From contig NC_043003.1 of assembly GCF_006345805.1 (NCBI RefSeq), forward strand, positions 61,380,001-61,444,000: DNA of 64,000 bases. The letters run 5' to 3'. A program made the position numbers and the translations under genes. Source of the DNA: Octopus sinensis (Eukaryota). Below are positions 26,366 through 39,444 of this stretch, piece by piece (within the stretch, counting starts at the first letter, position 1; every line of letters starts with the position of its first letter). The notes below the pieces were generated by a model. It did not search any database, had not been told where the DNA came from, and saw nothing but the letters and a program-made list of their open reading frames with translations.

Positions 26366-26647
26366 ATATTTTTTATATATTTGCAAGTAACCAAATAAAT
26401 TTCCCGTAGGCGTTATGAAATTGACTATTATGTAAATAAATAAATTGATTTTGCTGTGTTCAGACTCACTATTTTCTTTATATTATATTACTAAAATTTT
26501 GTTCTCATATATCGAATAGATGAAAACATCTATAAATTGATCGATATAGAGATAAACCGGTGGATGCTTGGGTGTAAGACATCCCTGGAAAGAGCAATTT
26601 CTTTCCATACAAAACTTTATAAACACTCGTTATATACATATATATGA

Positions 26648-26714
<67 letters not shown>

Positions 26715-27492
26715 TGTGTGTGTTTATGTGTGTGATTTGAGTTTGATGTTCCAGGAATGGTTGTATTGTTTTTTCACCTAGCCTTCCGCTTCCAGGCGTA
26801 TTGAGAAAGAGAGTTTCTAATTTGCGTTCGAGTTCTCACGTTCAAAGCTTTATGTTTTGAATGTCCTATACTGTTCGTTTCCATCATTGTTCTATGCTGA
26901 AAAGCCTTTGTGATATATTTGTTGCTAGATGGACATGGATTATTGTTGTTGAAAATGCAATCTGACTGTTGTATTGCGAATTTTCTGCCTTTGGAAATTT
27001 TAGATGCGTTAACTTTCAAACAACTCTAGCTAGCCTTGACATTGATCTTATTGAAGAACGCTTGATATTTATGTTTTATACTGCATTGATTACATATCAA
27101 AAGCAGCAATAACCAAGAATATTAGGTGCAGGCATGGCTGTGTGCTTAAGAAACACGCTTTCTAGCCAAGTGCGGCACTTCGGGCAAGTATCTTCTGTTA
27201 TAGCTCTGGGCCGGCCAACGCCTTGTGAGTGAATTTGGTAAACGAAAACTGTGTAGATTCCCGTCGTGTAATATATATATATATATATATATATCATCAT
27301 CATCATCATCATCATGTAGAACCGTTAATCCCAACACATTTTCTTTCTCCCTTTTTCTTTCCTCTTAAATCCTTTCGAAGGAAGCGCAGGCTCCAAACAT
27401 ATAAGACTTTTCTATTCTTCTTTCCCAAACTAATACACCTGCTTCGTCTTTTGTTTTCTGCAAATTTGAACTATACATATATATATATATAA

Positions 27493-27541
<49 letters not shown>

Positions 27542-28350
27542 CATATAAGTGAGTGTGTGTGTGTTTTGATTTGTTCCCATTTCCACCGCTTGGCAACCGG
27601 TGTTGGTTTGTTGACGTCTCCACTGATAGAACAAATAGCAGAATTTAAAAATAAGCGCAGTGATGCGATTTTTTTCGGCTAATCCCATTAAGGCGATGCC
27701 CGACATGGCTGTAGTTCAATGACTCAATCAAGTAAAAGATTAAAAGTTTAAAGAAAGGTATCAAATGAAATGTCTGCCATATTTTAACTTTTTTTACCTA
27801 TTTTACCGAAACTTCAGACAATGTTTTCGTGGTTCACACCTCTCTACATTTAAAGATATAAAAAAATATATTTCCGATAAAATGCACACTGACTCACACA
27901 CACACACACACACACACACACCACACACACACACACATGCACACACACACACACGCACACACGTGCACACACACACGCGCGCACGTTCACACACGCGTGC
28001 GCATGCTAACACGAACAGGAAAACAAACACAAACATTAAATTTTCTGCTATTATTTCCTTTGACTGAGGCATCTCTTCTACTGAGAAACATCATACAACT
28101 CTGTTAATTCCGCCGGCCATTATCCAGCTTACTGATTTATATTCTGTTTCCTGACGAGAAGCCACAATCCAAAACTTTCCTCTGTTTCTCCTTTACATCG
28201 TAAAATTAATTATTGTACTCCTGCTTATTTACTGTGTGAAATTTCTTTTCTTTCTCCTCGTTTCTGAGATGTTTTGGATGTAAACCAGCTAATGTTTCTT
28301 TTCCAGCCTCTACTTTTCTCTGGTGCATCTCACGCGTATACTCTCTTTCC

Positions 28351-28755
28351 CTTTACTCTTTTACTTGTTTCAGTCATTTTACTGCGGCCATGCTGGAGCA
28401 CCGCCTTTAGTCGAGCAAATCGACCCCAGGACTTATTCTTTGTAAGCCCAGTACTTATTCTATCGGTCTCTTTTGCCGAACCGCTAAGTGACGGGGACGT
28501 AAACACACCAGCATTGGTTGTCATGCAATGCTAGGGGGACAAACACAGACACACAAACACACACACATACATATATATATATACATATATACGACAGGCT
28601 TCTTTCAGTTTCCGTCTACCAAATCCACTCACAAGGCATTGGTCGGCCCGGAGCTATAGCAGAAGACACTTGCCCAAGATGCCACGCAGTGGGACTGAAC
28701 CCGGAACCATGTGGTTGCTTAGCAAGCTACTTACCACACAGCCACACCTGCGCCT
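28351..28755 (-). mobile_element. Family B SINE, young full length
   Basis: Near-consensus, CpGs retained. Confidence 0.9.
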
Positions 28756-29164
28756 ATTCTAATTTTTCATCTCGTTTGAATGCGCCATTGCAGTAAAGTA
28801 TGCTTCAGTTGTACTTGTTCCTACCGGGGAATAGTCTGGACACCATCCTCCGAATATTTATCGACAGTGTGCCAACATTGAGAGGAAACTCTCAATACAT
28901 ATAAGAGAGACTATTTACTTATTTCGTAGTTAATGATCTATATGTGTGTGCATGAATGCTGATGACTGCCAATTGGTGCTCCTCAACATTTATATGTACG
29001 CATACTGCTGCCTTTAAACTAATAAATGAATATACTCTACAACGGTTATTGAGTGCTAAATGAATGTGTGCGTACGTATCTGTGAACAAGATCCACGGCC
29101 AGTTTCTCTACAGCAAGAGAGTCGTTTATCGAAAGAAGATAAAATGTTTGTTGTTGTTGTTGTT

Positions 29165-29167
29165 GGC

Positions 29168-29240
<73 letters not shown>

Positions 29241-29284
29241 GTGACGATGATGATGATGATGATGATGATGATTGATGATGATGT

Positions 29285-29319
<35 letters not shown>

Positions 29320-29320
29320 T
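29165..29320. repeat. (GAT)n microsatellite grading into an eroded GNN low-complexity tract (to ~29510)
   Basis: Direct inspection; explains poly-His/Ser/Met/Asp ORFs. Confidence 0.93.
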
Positions 29321-29630
29321 GTTCCTGGCTGTCGTAGTGAACGCAACGGTAGCAGCTGTGGAGATGACAGCGATAATAGCAGTCACAGCGGTGGTGAGGA
29401 CGACAAAGACGGCGACGGCAGCTGCAGCGATGGTAATGGCGAGAATGATGACTGCGGCAACAGTTGCAGTCACAATGAGGGTAGCTGCCATGGAGACGGT
29501 TAGCAGTGACTAGCAATACTAATGAGTTTAGTTTAATCAGGATATTAAAACTTACTTCAAGTTTAGATAATAACTCTCTGAAGAAGACTTTTTCATTTAT
29601 TTCCTTGTACCGTTTTTCTTTGTGCGTACA

Positions 29631-30208
29631 TCTATTATATAAAATCCATTCTGTCTGTCTGTGTGTGCGTGTGTGCGTGTGTGCGTGTGTCTTCTAGGAT
29701 CTCGGGCATCCTCCATCTGATTGCGCTCAAATTTGCTATGTAGATACCGACGGTATCAGGACGTGCATAAGACTTGAAATAATTACAAAAATCGATTCCA
29801 GGTGAGAATGCGATCGATAAAGCCGTCGGAACGTGCATTTGTATGCGCAAGTACATCAGCTGTTGCGATGGATACTACGCGTACGCGAGAAAAATGCACG
29901 TTGTTTTTGTACTGCTTAAAGGTACGTTTCTTTCCTGCTAAGCTTACTATTTAAACCATGTTTGTGTTCTCCCAGTCAACAGCCTTATCATTACTGGTAC
30001 TTTAAACTACTCGGTTGCATATTTGTGTGAATAAAATCGTTTTTCTTTGGGATAGAAAAAGTCTATCTTTATTTCTTCTTTTGCTGGTGTCTCAAATTTA
30101 GGTTAAATCAGTGTTTCTATGGGACGGTCGGACAAGTTGCTTTGAGAAAATTTGGTTTAAATGTTTGACAACTCAGCACCGTCCATTGGACGGGGGGCGA
30201 TTTGCTCG
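29631..30208 (+). mobile_element. Non-autonomous Helitron-like element (578 bp)
   Basis: A|TCTATTATATAAAA 5' end, microsatellite near 5' end, GATTGCGCTCAAATTTG motif, 3' hairpin CCGTCCA-T-TGGACGG (30179-30193) 11 nt before CTCG|T; A|T insertion, no TSD. Confidence 0.7.
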
Positions 30209-30400
30209 TATACATATATGTATATATATATATACATACATACATATGTGTGTGTGCATGTATATATATACACACGAGGATGAGTCAAAAAGTTATGCCA
30301 TATATATATCGGGTGCAAATACTCCCGCACGGAGTTTGATATTGTTTGGGCGTACAAATTATTCTCACCTAAACAGAATCTTAACTGTATTTTTTAAAAC

Positions 30401-30601
<201 letters not shown>

Positions 30602-30647
30602 TGCATGTAAGTATATATATGTATGTATGCATATGTGCGTATATATA

Positions 30648-31918
30648 CACAGACATGCAGGAAATAAATAGACACCTTTAATTTTCAAAATCTTTTATTT
30701 AATACGCAAAGCGAACAATTGAAATGTAATCGATAGGTAGGACTACATACTTTAGTATTTAGTTGACATTCCCTTTGCAGTTTTTAATTCAGAAACTCTT
30801 TTTGGCACTGAACTGACGAGCTTTGTGATTGTCTCTTGTGGAATTTATGCCCACCTTTCACGCAACAATTGAAACAATTCATCTTTAGATTTAGGTTTCT
30901 GTCGAGTTTTTCGTATAGCTCTATCTAGTATGCTCCAAAGATTTTCAGTTGGATTCATGTCAGGAGATTGGCTTGGCCAAGGAAGCTTTTTGATCCCATT
31001 TTCAGTCAGCCATTGTTGATTCCTTTTCGCTGTGTGGCATGTAGCCCCATCTTCCATGAATAAAAACTCACTTTTCGTTTATGTTATCATATGAATACAT
31101 AGGAAGCAGTCCTTGCTTAAGTATTTCGATATATTTTTCAGAGTTTATGGTTCCAACACGTTCGATCAGCTCAGAACGACCATTGCTGGTGACAGCTTCC
31201 CATACTATTACAGAGATACTGCCATGTTTCACAGTTGGTTGGAGTCGTTTTAAATCAAATTCTTGATTAGGAAGCCTCCAGATCCAATCACGTCCACAGT
31301 CTGAAAATGATGCAAATCTGGATTCATCTGAGAAAATCACTCAATCCCAAAATGAACTGGATTTTTCTGACATCTCCTTAGCCTATTTCTTTCTTTTCAT
31401 GATAATTGGTTGAAGGAGAGGTTTTCTTCTAGCTGCTCGTCCATAATACCCAAGCTTATGCAGATGTGTAGCACACGTTCTTGGACTAACTTCTAGCTGT
31501 TTTGCAATGTCAGAAGCCTTCGAACGGGGTTCGTTTTCCACAATTCTCTTCAAGCAGCGAAGCTTCCTTTCCGAGGGCCCAGGTCGGCTGGAACGAGATT
31601 CTGTTGATTCTTTTCCTTGGCTTCTGAATTGCATTATGATTCTATTGCCAGTAGCAAGAGAAATTTGAAGATTTTCGGCAAATTTTCGCTGGCTAACACA
31701 AGCCTCAGATTGCCCAACAATACAACCTCTTTAGAAATCTGACTGTAGTGCTGAATTTTTTGTGCGTGGCATGGTTACTCTTCGGAAATGTTTAATATAA
31801 TGGCACCTGAAACGAAAAAAGAATAATTACATTGTAAATTCTACAGCGCTGAAAATACATTAAGACGCTTAGAAATTTTGAAAATTAAAGGTGTCTATTT
31901 ACTTTCTGCATGTCTGTG
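30648..31918 (-). mobile_element. Full-length Tc1 transposon (1271 bp)
   Basis: 44-bp TIRs CACAGACATGCAG...TTTTCAAAAT (30648-30691 / 31875-31918, 2 mismatches), TA on both flanks, transposase inside. Confidence 0.95.
30752..31772 (-). pseudogene. Tc1 DD34E transposase, inactivated by stops/frameshift
   Basis: MPRTK start, HTH region, GRAARRKPLL, IFSDESRF, EDGATCH then 34 residues to E in WPSQSPDMNPTENLW. Confidence 0.92.
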
Positions 31919-31960
31919 TATACATACATACATACATACATACATACATACATACATACA

Positions 31961-32009
<49 letters not shown>

Positions 32010-32200
32010 CGAGTGCAAATACTTCTGCACGGTATTTGATATTCCCCTGATATTGTTTGAGTGTGCAAATTATTTTCACCTAATGAGGTGCCTTAATTTA
32101 AGTGCCTAATTCACCAGAATCATGATTGTACTTTTTAAAAACATATAGATAGATAGATATGTAATATATATATTATATATATATATATAATATATATATA

Positions 32201-32239
<39 letters not shown>

Positions 32240-32248
<9 letters not shown>

Positions 32249-32585
32249 TTCGAGACAAAACCACTATTTTGCAAAACAACAAGGAAAGACTTAATCAATA
32301 CATAAAAATTTTAATATAAAGTAAAAAACGCCACTACAATGTTTCATGTCTTCAAATGACGAAATCCACCTGACGAATGTCATTTGAAGACATGAAACCA
32401 TTGTGTAGTGGCGGTTTATTTACTTTATATTAAAAATTTTTATGTATTGATAAGTCTTTCCTTGTTTGTTTTGCAAAATAGTGGTTTTGTCTCGAATTAA
32501 TATTATATAATATTTTCCTATAAATTGGATTTAATCCTAAATCTGATTTTTTCCCTGTAAATTTGGATTTATTCCCTAATATTTA
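32240..32585 (+). mobile_element. Foldback Penelope-like terminal-repeat element in (TA)n, carrying a hammerhead
   Basis: 32240-32360 is the reverse complement of 32379-32505; 18-nt spacer; unpaired extension to ~32585; long (TA)n on both sides. Confidence 0.8.
32366..32411 (+). ncRNA. Minimal type I hammerhead ribozyme (intact core)
   Basis: CCAC-CTGACGA-ATGTC(atttgaa)GACAT-GAAA-C(cattgt)G-TA-GTGG: stem I CCAC/GTGG, 5-bp stem II, 2-bp stem III, GUA triplet. Confidence 0.72.
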
Positions 32586-32598
32586 TTATATATATATA

Positions 32599-32641
<43 letters not shown>

Positions 32642-32655
32642 ATATATTATATATA

Positions 32656-32696
<41 letters not shown>

Positions 32697-32786
32697 ATAT
32701 ATGTATTATATATATTATATATATATATGTATATATATATATTACATATACATATATATATATATATTATATATATATATATGTTA

Positions 32787-32840
<54 letters not shown>

Positions 32841-32852
32841 TATACTATACAT

Positions 32853-32901
<49 letters not shown>

Positions 32902-33051
32902 GCGCAGGAGTGGCTGTGAGGTTAGTAACTTACTTACCAACCACATGGTTCCGGGTTCAGTCCCACAGCGGGGCACCTTGGGCAAGTGTCTTCTACTATA
33001 GCTAAGTAAGAGGAGGGAGTAAAAATATGCATGTGTGCGTATATATATACA

Positions 33052-33090
33052 CGAGCAAAACGCCCCCCGTTCAATGGACGGTGCTGACTC
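33052..33090 (-). mobile_element. Second Helitron-like 3' terminus
   Basis: rc GAGTCAGCACCGTCCATTGAACGGGGGGCGTTTTGCTCG|T closely matches 30171-30209. Confidence 0.6.
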
Positions 33091-33844
33091 ATATCTGCTG
33101 AATAAAAAGCAATCAGTGTTTTCTTTTCATTAAAAAATAATTAAGCATGCCTTTATTTCACTAAAATTTTTGTTTTGTTAAACGAAGTTAAGGCAAACAA
33201 AACACTTCTTGAGAAACCAAATAGTCTTTCCTTCCTTCATGCCAAGTTTGAAGAAAATATCTCTTTTGCATCTTACTTTTTTGGTCTCTTAAATATACTG
33301 CTTTGATTCTGCTCGAGAATTACATTAAGAGTACACGTGTCTGTGGACTATTCATTTACTTACACGTTAATTCAAGAGCAGCTAATTTAGTTGAGCAGAC
33401 AGTTTTATCCTCAACGTCGAACGACGGAGATCCACTCATCCGTAATCCGTCAAAAGAAGCCCGATATTTTCTCTTACACAATTCATTCTTTAATATGGCT
33501 AAGTAATCAAAGGAGGTGAGCTGACAGAACCGTTATCACGCTGAGCAAAATAATTTGTAGCATTTCGTCCGTCTTTACGTTCTGAGTTGAAATACCGTCG
33601 ATGTCGACTTTGTCTCTCGGTCGATAAAATGAGCACCAGTTTAGTATTGAAGTCGATGTAGTTGACTCACCCCCTCCTCAGCAATTGATAGCCTTCTGTC
33701 AAAATTTGAAACTTGTGAGGACTAGTAATTTACTATTCAAAGCAGAAGAGCCATTTCCCAATGATATTCCAACTGTGGCCATCCCTTTTTGTATATTTTT
33801 ATAGGACTACTTTTATTCATGCGCTGTTCCAATTTTTAACATTG

Positions 33845-34500
33845 GAGGTGCGTGGCTTAATAATTGGAGTGTTGGACTTATGTTCGTAAGATTGTAGTTT
33901 CGATTCCTGGACCAGACTATGTGTTGTGTTCTTGACGTTGCTCCAGTCACTCAACTTCTTTGACGTTGCTCCAGTCACTTTTGACGTTGCTCCAGTCACT
34001 CAACTTCTTTGACGTTGCTCCAGTCACTTTTGACGTTGCTCCAGTCACCCAACTTCTTTGACATTGCTTCAGTCACTTTTGACGTTGCTCCAGTCACTCA
34101 ACTTCTTTGACATTATTCCAGTCACTTTTGACGTTGCTCTAGTCACTCAACTTCTTTGACGTTGCTCCAGTCCCTCAACTTCTTTGACGTTGCTCCAGTC
34201 ACTCAACTTCTTTGACGTTGCTCCAGTCACCCAACTTCTTTGACATTGCTTCAGTCACTTTTGACGTTGCTCCAGTCACTCAACTTCTTTGACATTATTC
34301 CAGTCACTTTTGACGTTGCTCCAGTCACTCAACTCTTTTGACGTTGCTCCAGTCACTCAACTTCTTTGACGTTGCTCCAGTCACTCAACTTCTTTTGACG
34401 TTTGCTCCAGTCACTCAACAAAAATGAGTAAACCTGAAATAGACTGGCGTCCTTTCCAGGGTTAGGATATACGCCGTATAAGCCTATATGACTCGAGAAA
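33845..34500 (+). mobile_element. Family D SINE swollen by an internal minisatellite
   Basis: Head TGGAGGTGCGTGGCTT...GTTTCGATTCC before, AAAAATGAGTA...GACTGGCGTCC after the array. Confidence 0.75.
33932..34419 (+). repeat. Minisatellite of 19 units mixing 28-bp and 21-bp monomers
   Basis: TTGACGTTGCTCCAGTCACTCAACTTCT (28) and TTGACGTTGCTCCAGTCACTT (21). Confidence 0.95.
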
Positions 34501-37500
34501 GAGTTCTATCCTATCCATTTTTCCTAGAGGGTGTGATTTGAGCTAATTTTGCTTCTGTTTCTAGCAGTTCAAGCACCACATAGTTGTTCCATTATCGGTT
34601 CGTGTGTTGAAGATGTTTATGCTTTTTGGCAACCAACACCAGATTGGTTGGAAGCATGTACACATATTTATCGCTAATCAAAGCCTGTTACCCCATGTGA
34701 ATGTTACATCATTTGACGAGAATCTTCCCTGAAAAACGAGCGCGAGCATTCTAGTAATTGCTGTTTTGTTGTTAATTTGCTTTTGCTTTTAATTTAAAAT
34801 GTTTTCGAAGCAAAATTACCATATATAATTTCCAAAATGCCAATAAAGGTGCCAAGAATCCTCATTTTATCAAACTTTAAGGAATTCTCTTGATGTTTTT
34901 CTTTGTTTGTTGTTTTTCTTTTATTAGTTTGAAGAATTTGATATGCTCGTCGAGGCTCGTGTTATATTCACACGAGCAATTTTCTGTTAGGCTGTTTTTT
35001 TAGTTTTATTTTTTGCTATGCCTAAAATTCACTGCATCAGCTCTACACTGAACAGTTATATGGCTGTGTTGAGGTATGAAGCAGCTTTGTAACTACATGG
35101 TTCCAGTTTTAATTTCATTACACGGCACCTTAAGCAGGTGTCTCCTTACGTAGCCTGGGACCAATCAAAGCTGATAACTATTTGGAAATCCGTCCGTGAA
35201 AACTGTCTTGCTTAACAGCGCTACGTTGCCCCTGTGTGCCATTAGTGAAGAACATTTCTTTGCAAGCATTCAAGTCAGGTATCTGAAAAATGTTATGAGT
35301 TCAACTTTTCTTCTCTAACCAAGCCATTAGAAAAATAATCCGTGACATAAATGTATCTGAGCCCGCGAAATGAGGTAAGTTGTGCTTTGAACCAGCAATC
35401 CAATCTCGTAAAAGAGGAGCAGCTCCAGAATGCCAATTGTAATACCTAGGGAAGGAAGGGGATAATAGACATGGTCAAGCAATGACAGACTTTAACGAAA
35501 GCCGAATGGACATGAGAGAGGCCAAAAATCACATGAACGGATACAGAGAAAACTACACCCAATAGAAAGTAGTGACATCAACTTACTATCCAATGAAATC
35601 TAGACGTCTTGACACTAAGTCTTAAATCAACGGATAAAGTGTCACATTTTACTCTTATTCAAGAAGAAAAGGGTGACACCAATGACGTTTTTTAGGTCCT
35701 CTGAATAGTGAGGAAAGGAGAAAGTAATTCTTAAAACTGGTTCGAATATTTGTAACAGAGTAAACATCGCTGAAATCCCCAATTGATCATCTGATAGTGT
35801 TAAACAGGGCGACAGATTAAATCTACCACTCGACTCAGCTCGCAATGAGCCGGGAAAATACTACAAGAAAACCTCCTTTGACGCTCAAACAATTTCGTCT
35901 CTCCACTACCCTGAACTGATACTTTATTTAATTGACCCCGAAAAGATGAGAAATAAAGTTGACATGGTTGAGACTTGAACTCAGAATGCAGAGAGCCAGA
36001 ACAAATACCATAAATCATTTTATCCGACCCTTCTAACAATTCCTCCAATTTATCACCCTAAAGTGGTTCTTTAATTTACCAACCTCGAAAGAATGGAAAG
36101 TAAAGTTGATTTAGACAGAATCTAAACTCAAAGCGCATAAAGCCGGAATAAATACTACTTTTCCCTCGAAATGGTCCTTTCAAATCAATTGTTAAACACA
36201 AATGTCTGATCTGGAGTTAATAACTTACAATGCCTGCTTTAATATAAAAACTGAGCGGTATTTTAGGGTATTACATTAAAATATTACACTTCACTAGTAC
36301 CTAAGTAGACAGTCATTAATTAAGGTAAAAACCAGGAATCTAATGGAACTGGTGAAGAGAAGTATCGATAATAATTAATGTGAGAGTGATGACATAGATT
36401 TTGTACATTTCAATAGGTACATCTTGCTCTTCGTCACAGACGACTGCCAAGATCTCGAAACGCAAGATTCTTCACTTTTTCATTGCAATTAAAATGAATG
36501 AACTCTTTTGTGGAGTCAGCTTTGAATTGTTTCCAAACAATGGAAGGGTACCATATCAGCACTGAATAGGGAACACTAGTAAACTCTTAAAATGTACAGC
36601 GCTTTCACCTCTAATAGAGCAAGTTATCTACTTACAACATCCATGCCTTCCAGCGAGTCCTAAAAACGTTCCCTACAGTTGCTAGAAATAACAACCAACT
36701 TTTCCATAAATCATATACAATAATCTTAAATAAGGACTCATTGGACAATTCATTACAAAAAGATAGAATGCTAAAACGCCTTTGATCATAGTTTTTCGGT
36801 TTTACCAGGGGGCCAAACAAGAGCAAACACAATAATGAATTCTATGATATATATGAAATAAAACCTCCTTAAACTAGAAACCCTAAAATAAGTATTACCC
36901 TCGCCATAATTAAAATCTCCATGGAAGACAATTATGAAATAGCAATATGTGTTATGACACAAAAAACAAAGTACCATAAACCAAGAAATCAAGAACCCTT
37001 TAACAAGTCCAACCCTTCGAGAATGAAGGACAGTTTAGAAAAACAAAATCAAAGATAAAAAGGAAGTGACAGAGAAAAAACAAGTATATAAAGCATATAT
37101 TCCCTTCATCAGCTACCTAGCGGATATCATTATTGTTTCGACACTTGGGCAGTAGCATTAAATACGGCGATGTCAACAGAGTTAAAAGAATAAACGCTGT
37201 CTGGGAATTAATAGACTAGTAGGACCGAAATATCAATGCAATATGTCAATTACTTCTACACCTGCTTTTTATTACAAATACAAACATAAAATCTCAAACA
37301 TAAATCATTTTATACCAATAACTACGAAGCTATATAGGTATATATTTACAAGCAAGTGATAAATTCGATTTTGAATTAAAGGTTGTTTCTTGTGCCAAGA
37401 TGCAAACCAATGTTCCGTGGTTGGCAGGCTACTACACTAATAATTATAGTCTCCGACTCTGCATTTTATAGTACACTGAAGCTATGTTATTTCCCACATT

Positions 37501-38215
37501 AATCAAGTACAATAAATAATAGTGAGAAACATGACCTCCCAGAATTAAAATTAAATTCTGAGATGTCGGTAATTTGGAATTTACTGAGTGGGGTATGAAT
37601 GGAAGATGTTGGCAAGTGATAACTTTTTTTATTTAGTTATCGAAGCCGTTTGCATGATTTCTTCCGACTCCTTAAACTATGAGTTCAAATCACACCAAGT
37701 TCAACTTTGCCTTTCTTCCAAGCTCGGGGCCATAAAACAAAGTACCATCCAAGTACTGGTGCCCGGTGGTGTCTACTGACCTTCCTCTCCTCGAAATATC
37801 TGCCTTGTGCCCAAAATATCATTCCTTAGTTTAATACTTTTAGACATTGGACTGGGACCATGGTGGGGCACTGGTCTCAAGGGTTTGTGTAAAACATGTT
37901 GAGCCAAGTAGTTATTCTAGCCTCATACTTATTACGCCATTTTTACAATGAAATGTTTTTTACACGTGTAAACATAAATACACTTTCATATACTACATAT
38001 ATATATCGAAGCATTGGCGCAAAACAGTGTTTAGGTATGAGTAGAATTTAGGGTAGTTGAAATATATGTTTGTCACATATTTCAACTGCAAAAGGCAAAT
38101 AAACTGTAGTTACCGTGGGGAACACCCGGTTCGTGCAGAACTGTTAAGAATCTCAGACATCAATGTTTCGAGTTTTATTTTATTCTTGTCAATGAGATGT
38201 ACCTAAGAGAGACAA

Positions 38216-38500
38216 TTCTGTTCTATATTTAAGAGATGAGAAATTATGTACATTATTTATATTTGATGGATATTTCTCCTCATCTTGTTGGTTGTTAACT
38301 CAACGTTTCGGCTGATATACCCTCCAACCTTCATCAGGTGTCTTGGGGAAATTTCGAACCTGTGTTCTCATTCCTAAAGTATTTTTCATTGTTATTATTA
38401 TTATTATTATTATTATATTATTATTCAGGTCACTGCCTGGAATTGAACTCGGAATCTTAGGGTTAGTAGCCCGCGCACGTAAGCACTACGCTATATGCCC
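38216..38500 (-). mobile_element. Chimeric retroelement: tRNA-like Pol III head + (AAT)n + hammerhead-bearing Penelope-like tail
   Basis: Minus strand: GGGCATATAGCGTAGTGC (A-box-like), GAGTTCAATTCC (B-box, 38439-38450), (AAT)n, then HHR; 22-nt inverted copy of the 5' end at 38503-38524. Confidence 0.7.
38297..38342 (-). ncRNA. Minimal hammerhead ribozyme, slightly degenerate
   Basis: GACAC-CTGATGA-A-GGTTG(gagggtatat)CAGCC-GAAA-CGTT-GAGTT; palindromic AACGTT stem III; one stem I mismatch; GUU triplet. Confidence 0.6.
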
Positions 38501-39097
38501 ACGGGCATATGGCGTAGTAGTTAATGCAAATGATGTAAATAATGTAGAGACAATTCTGAACGGACTTAATAAACCTGTAGCTTTATATATAATTCAGTCA
38601 ACACGGTGAGTGATTTGCACTAGTAGATCACCTGACTAAGGTAAATAACGAAGCATTGCGCAAAGCAGTGTTTCGGTATGAGCAGAATTTAGGCTAGTTG
38701 AAATATGTTTGTCACTTGTTTCAACTGCTAAAAAAACAAATACACTGCAGTTACTGTGGAGAAATATGTCTCTTATGGTAAAAAGGTGTGAAAACACCCA
38801 GTTCGTTCAATGTCACCATCTGTTAGGAATCTCAGACATCGATGTTTCGTGTTGTTTTACTCGGGCGATCTACGAGTGTAAATCAGTCAACGTTTTGACA
38901 GAATTATATATAAAGCTGCCTCTCTTAGGAACATCTCATTGGCAAGAGTCAAAAGACATCGATGACTGACATTCCTAATAGATGGCAACACTGAATGAAT
39001 TAAGTGTTTTCACACCTTTTTACGACAAGAGAGATTTTTCTCCATGGAAATTGCTGTGTATTCGCCTTTTAGCAGTTGTAATACGTGACAAACATTT

Positions 39098-39185
<88 letters not shown>

Positions 39186-39353
39186 ATATAATTGGATGAT
39201 TTACTACTTCCGAGGTTCCGCTAGTTATCAAACATATGTAGCCTGGATTTTATTTATTCCATTCCTAATTTTAGGTTATGTGTGTATGTGCTTGCGCGCG
39301 TGTGTGTGTATGTGTATGTATGTATATATGTATACATACATACATATCTGTAC

Positions 39354-39444
<91 letters not shown>

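Noticed and set aside
33932-34419. CRISPR-like appearance of the regular 21-28 bp array
   Set aside because: There are no unique spacers, no cas genes and the context is eukaryotic; the monomer derives from the surrounding SINE.
36420-37080. Faint Penelope-like ORF and CAGACGA...GAAACGC motif
   Set aside because: Only suggestive fragments; cannot be supported without a profile search.
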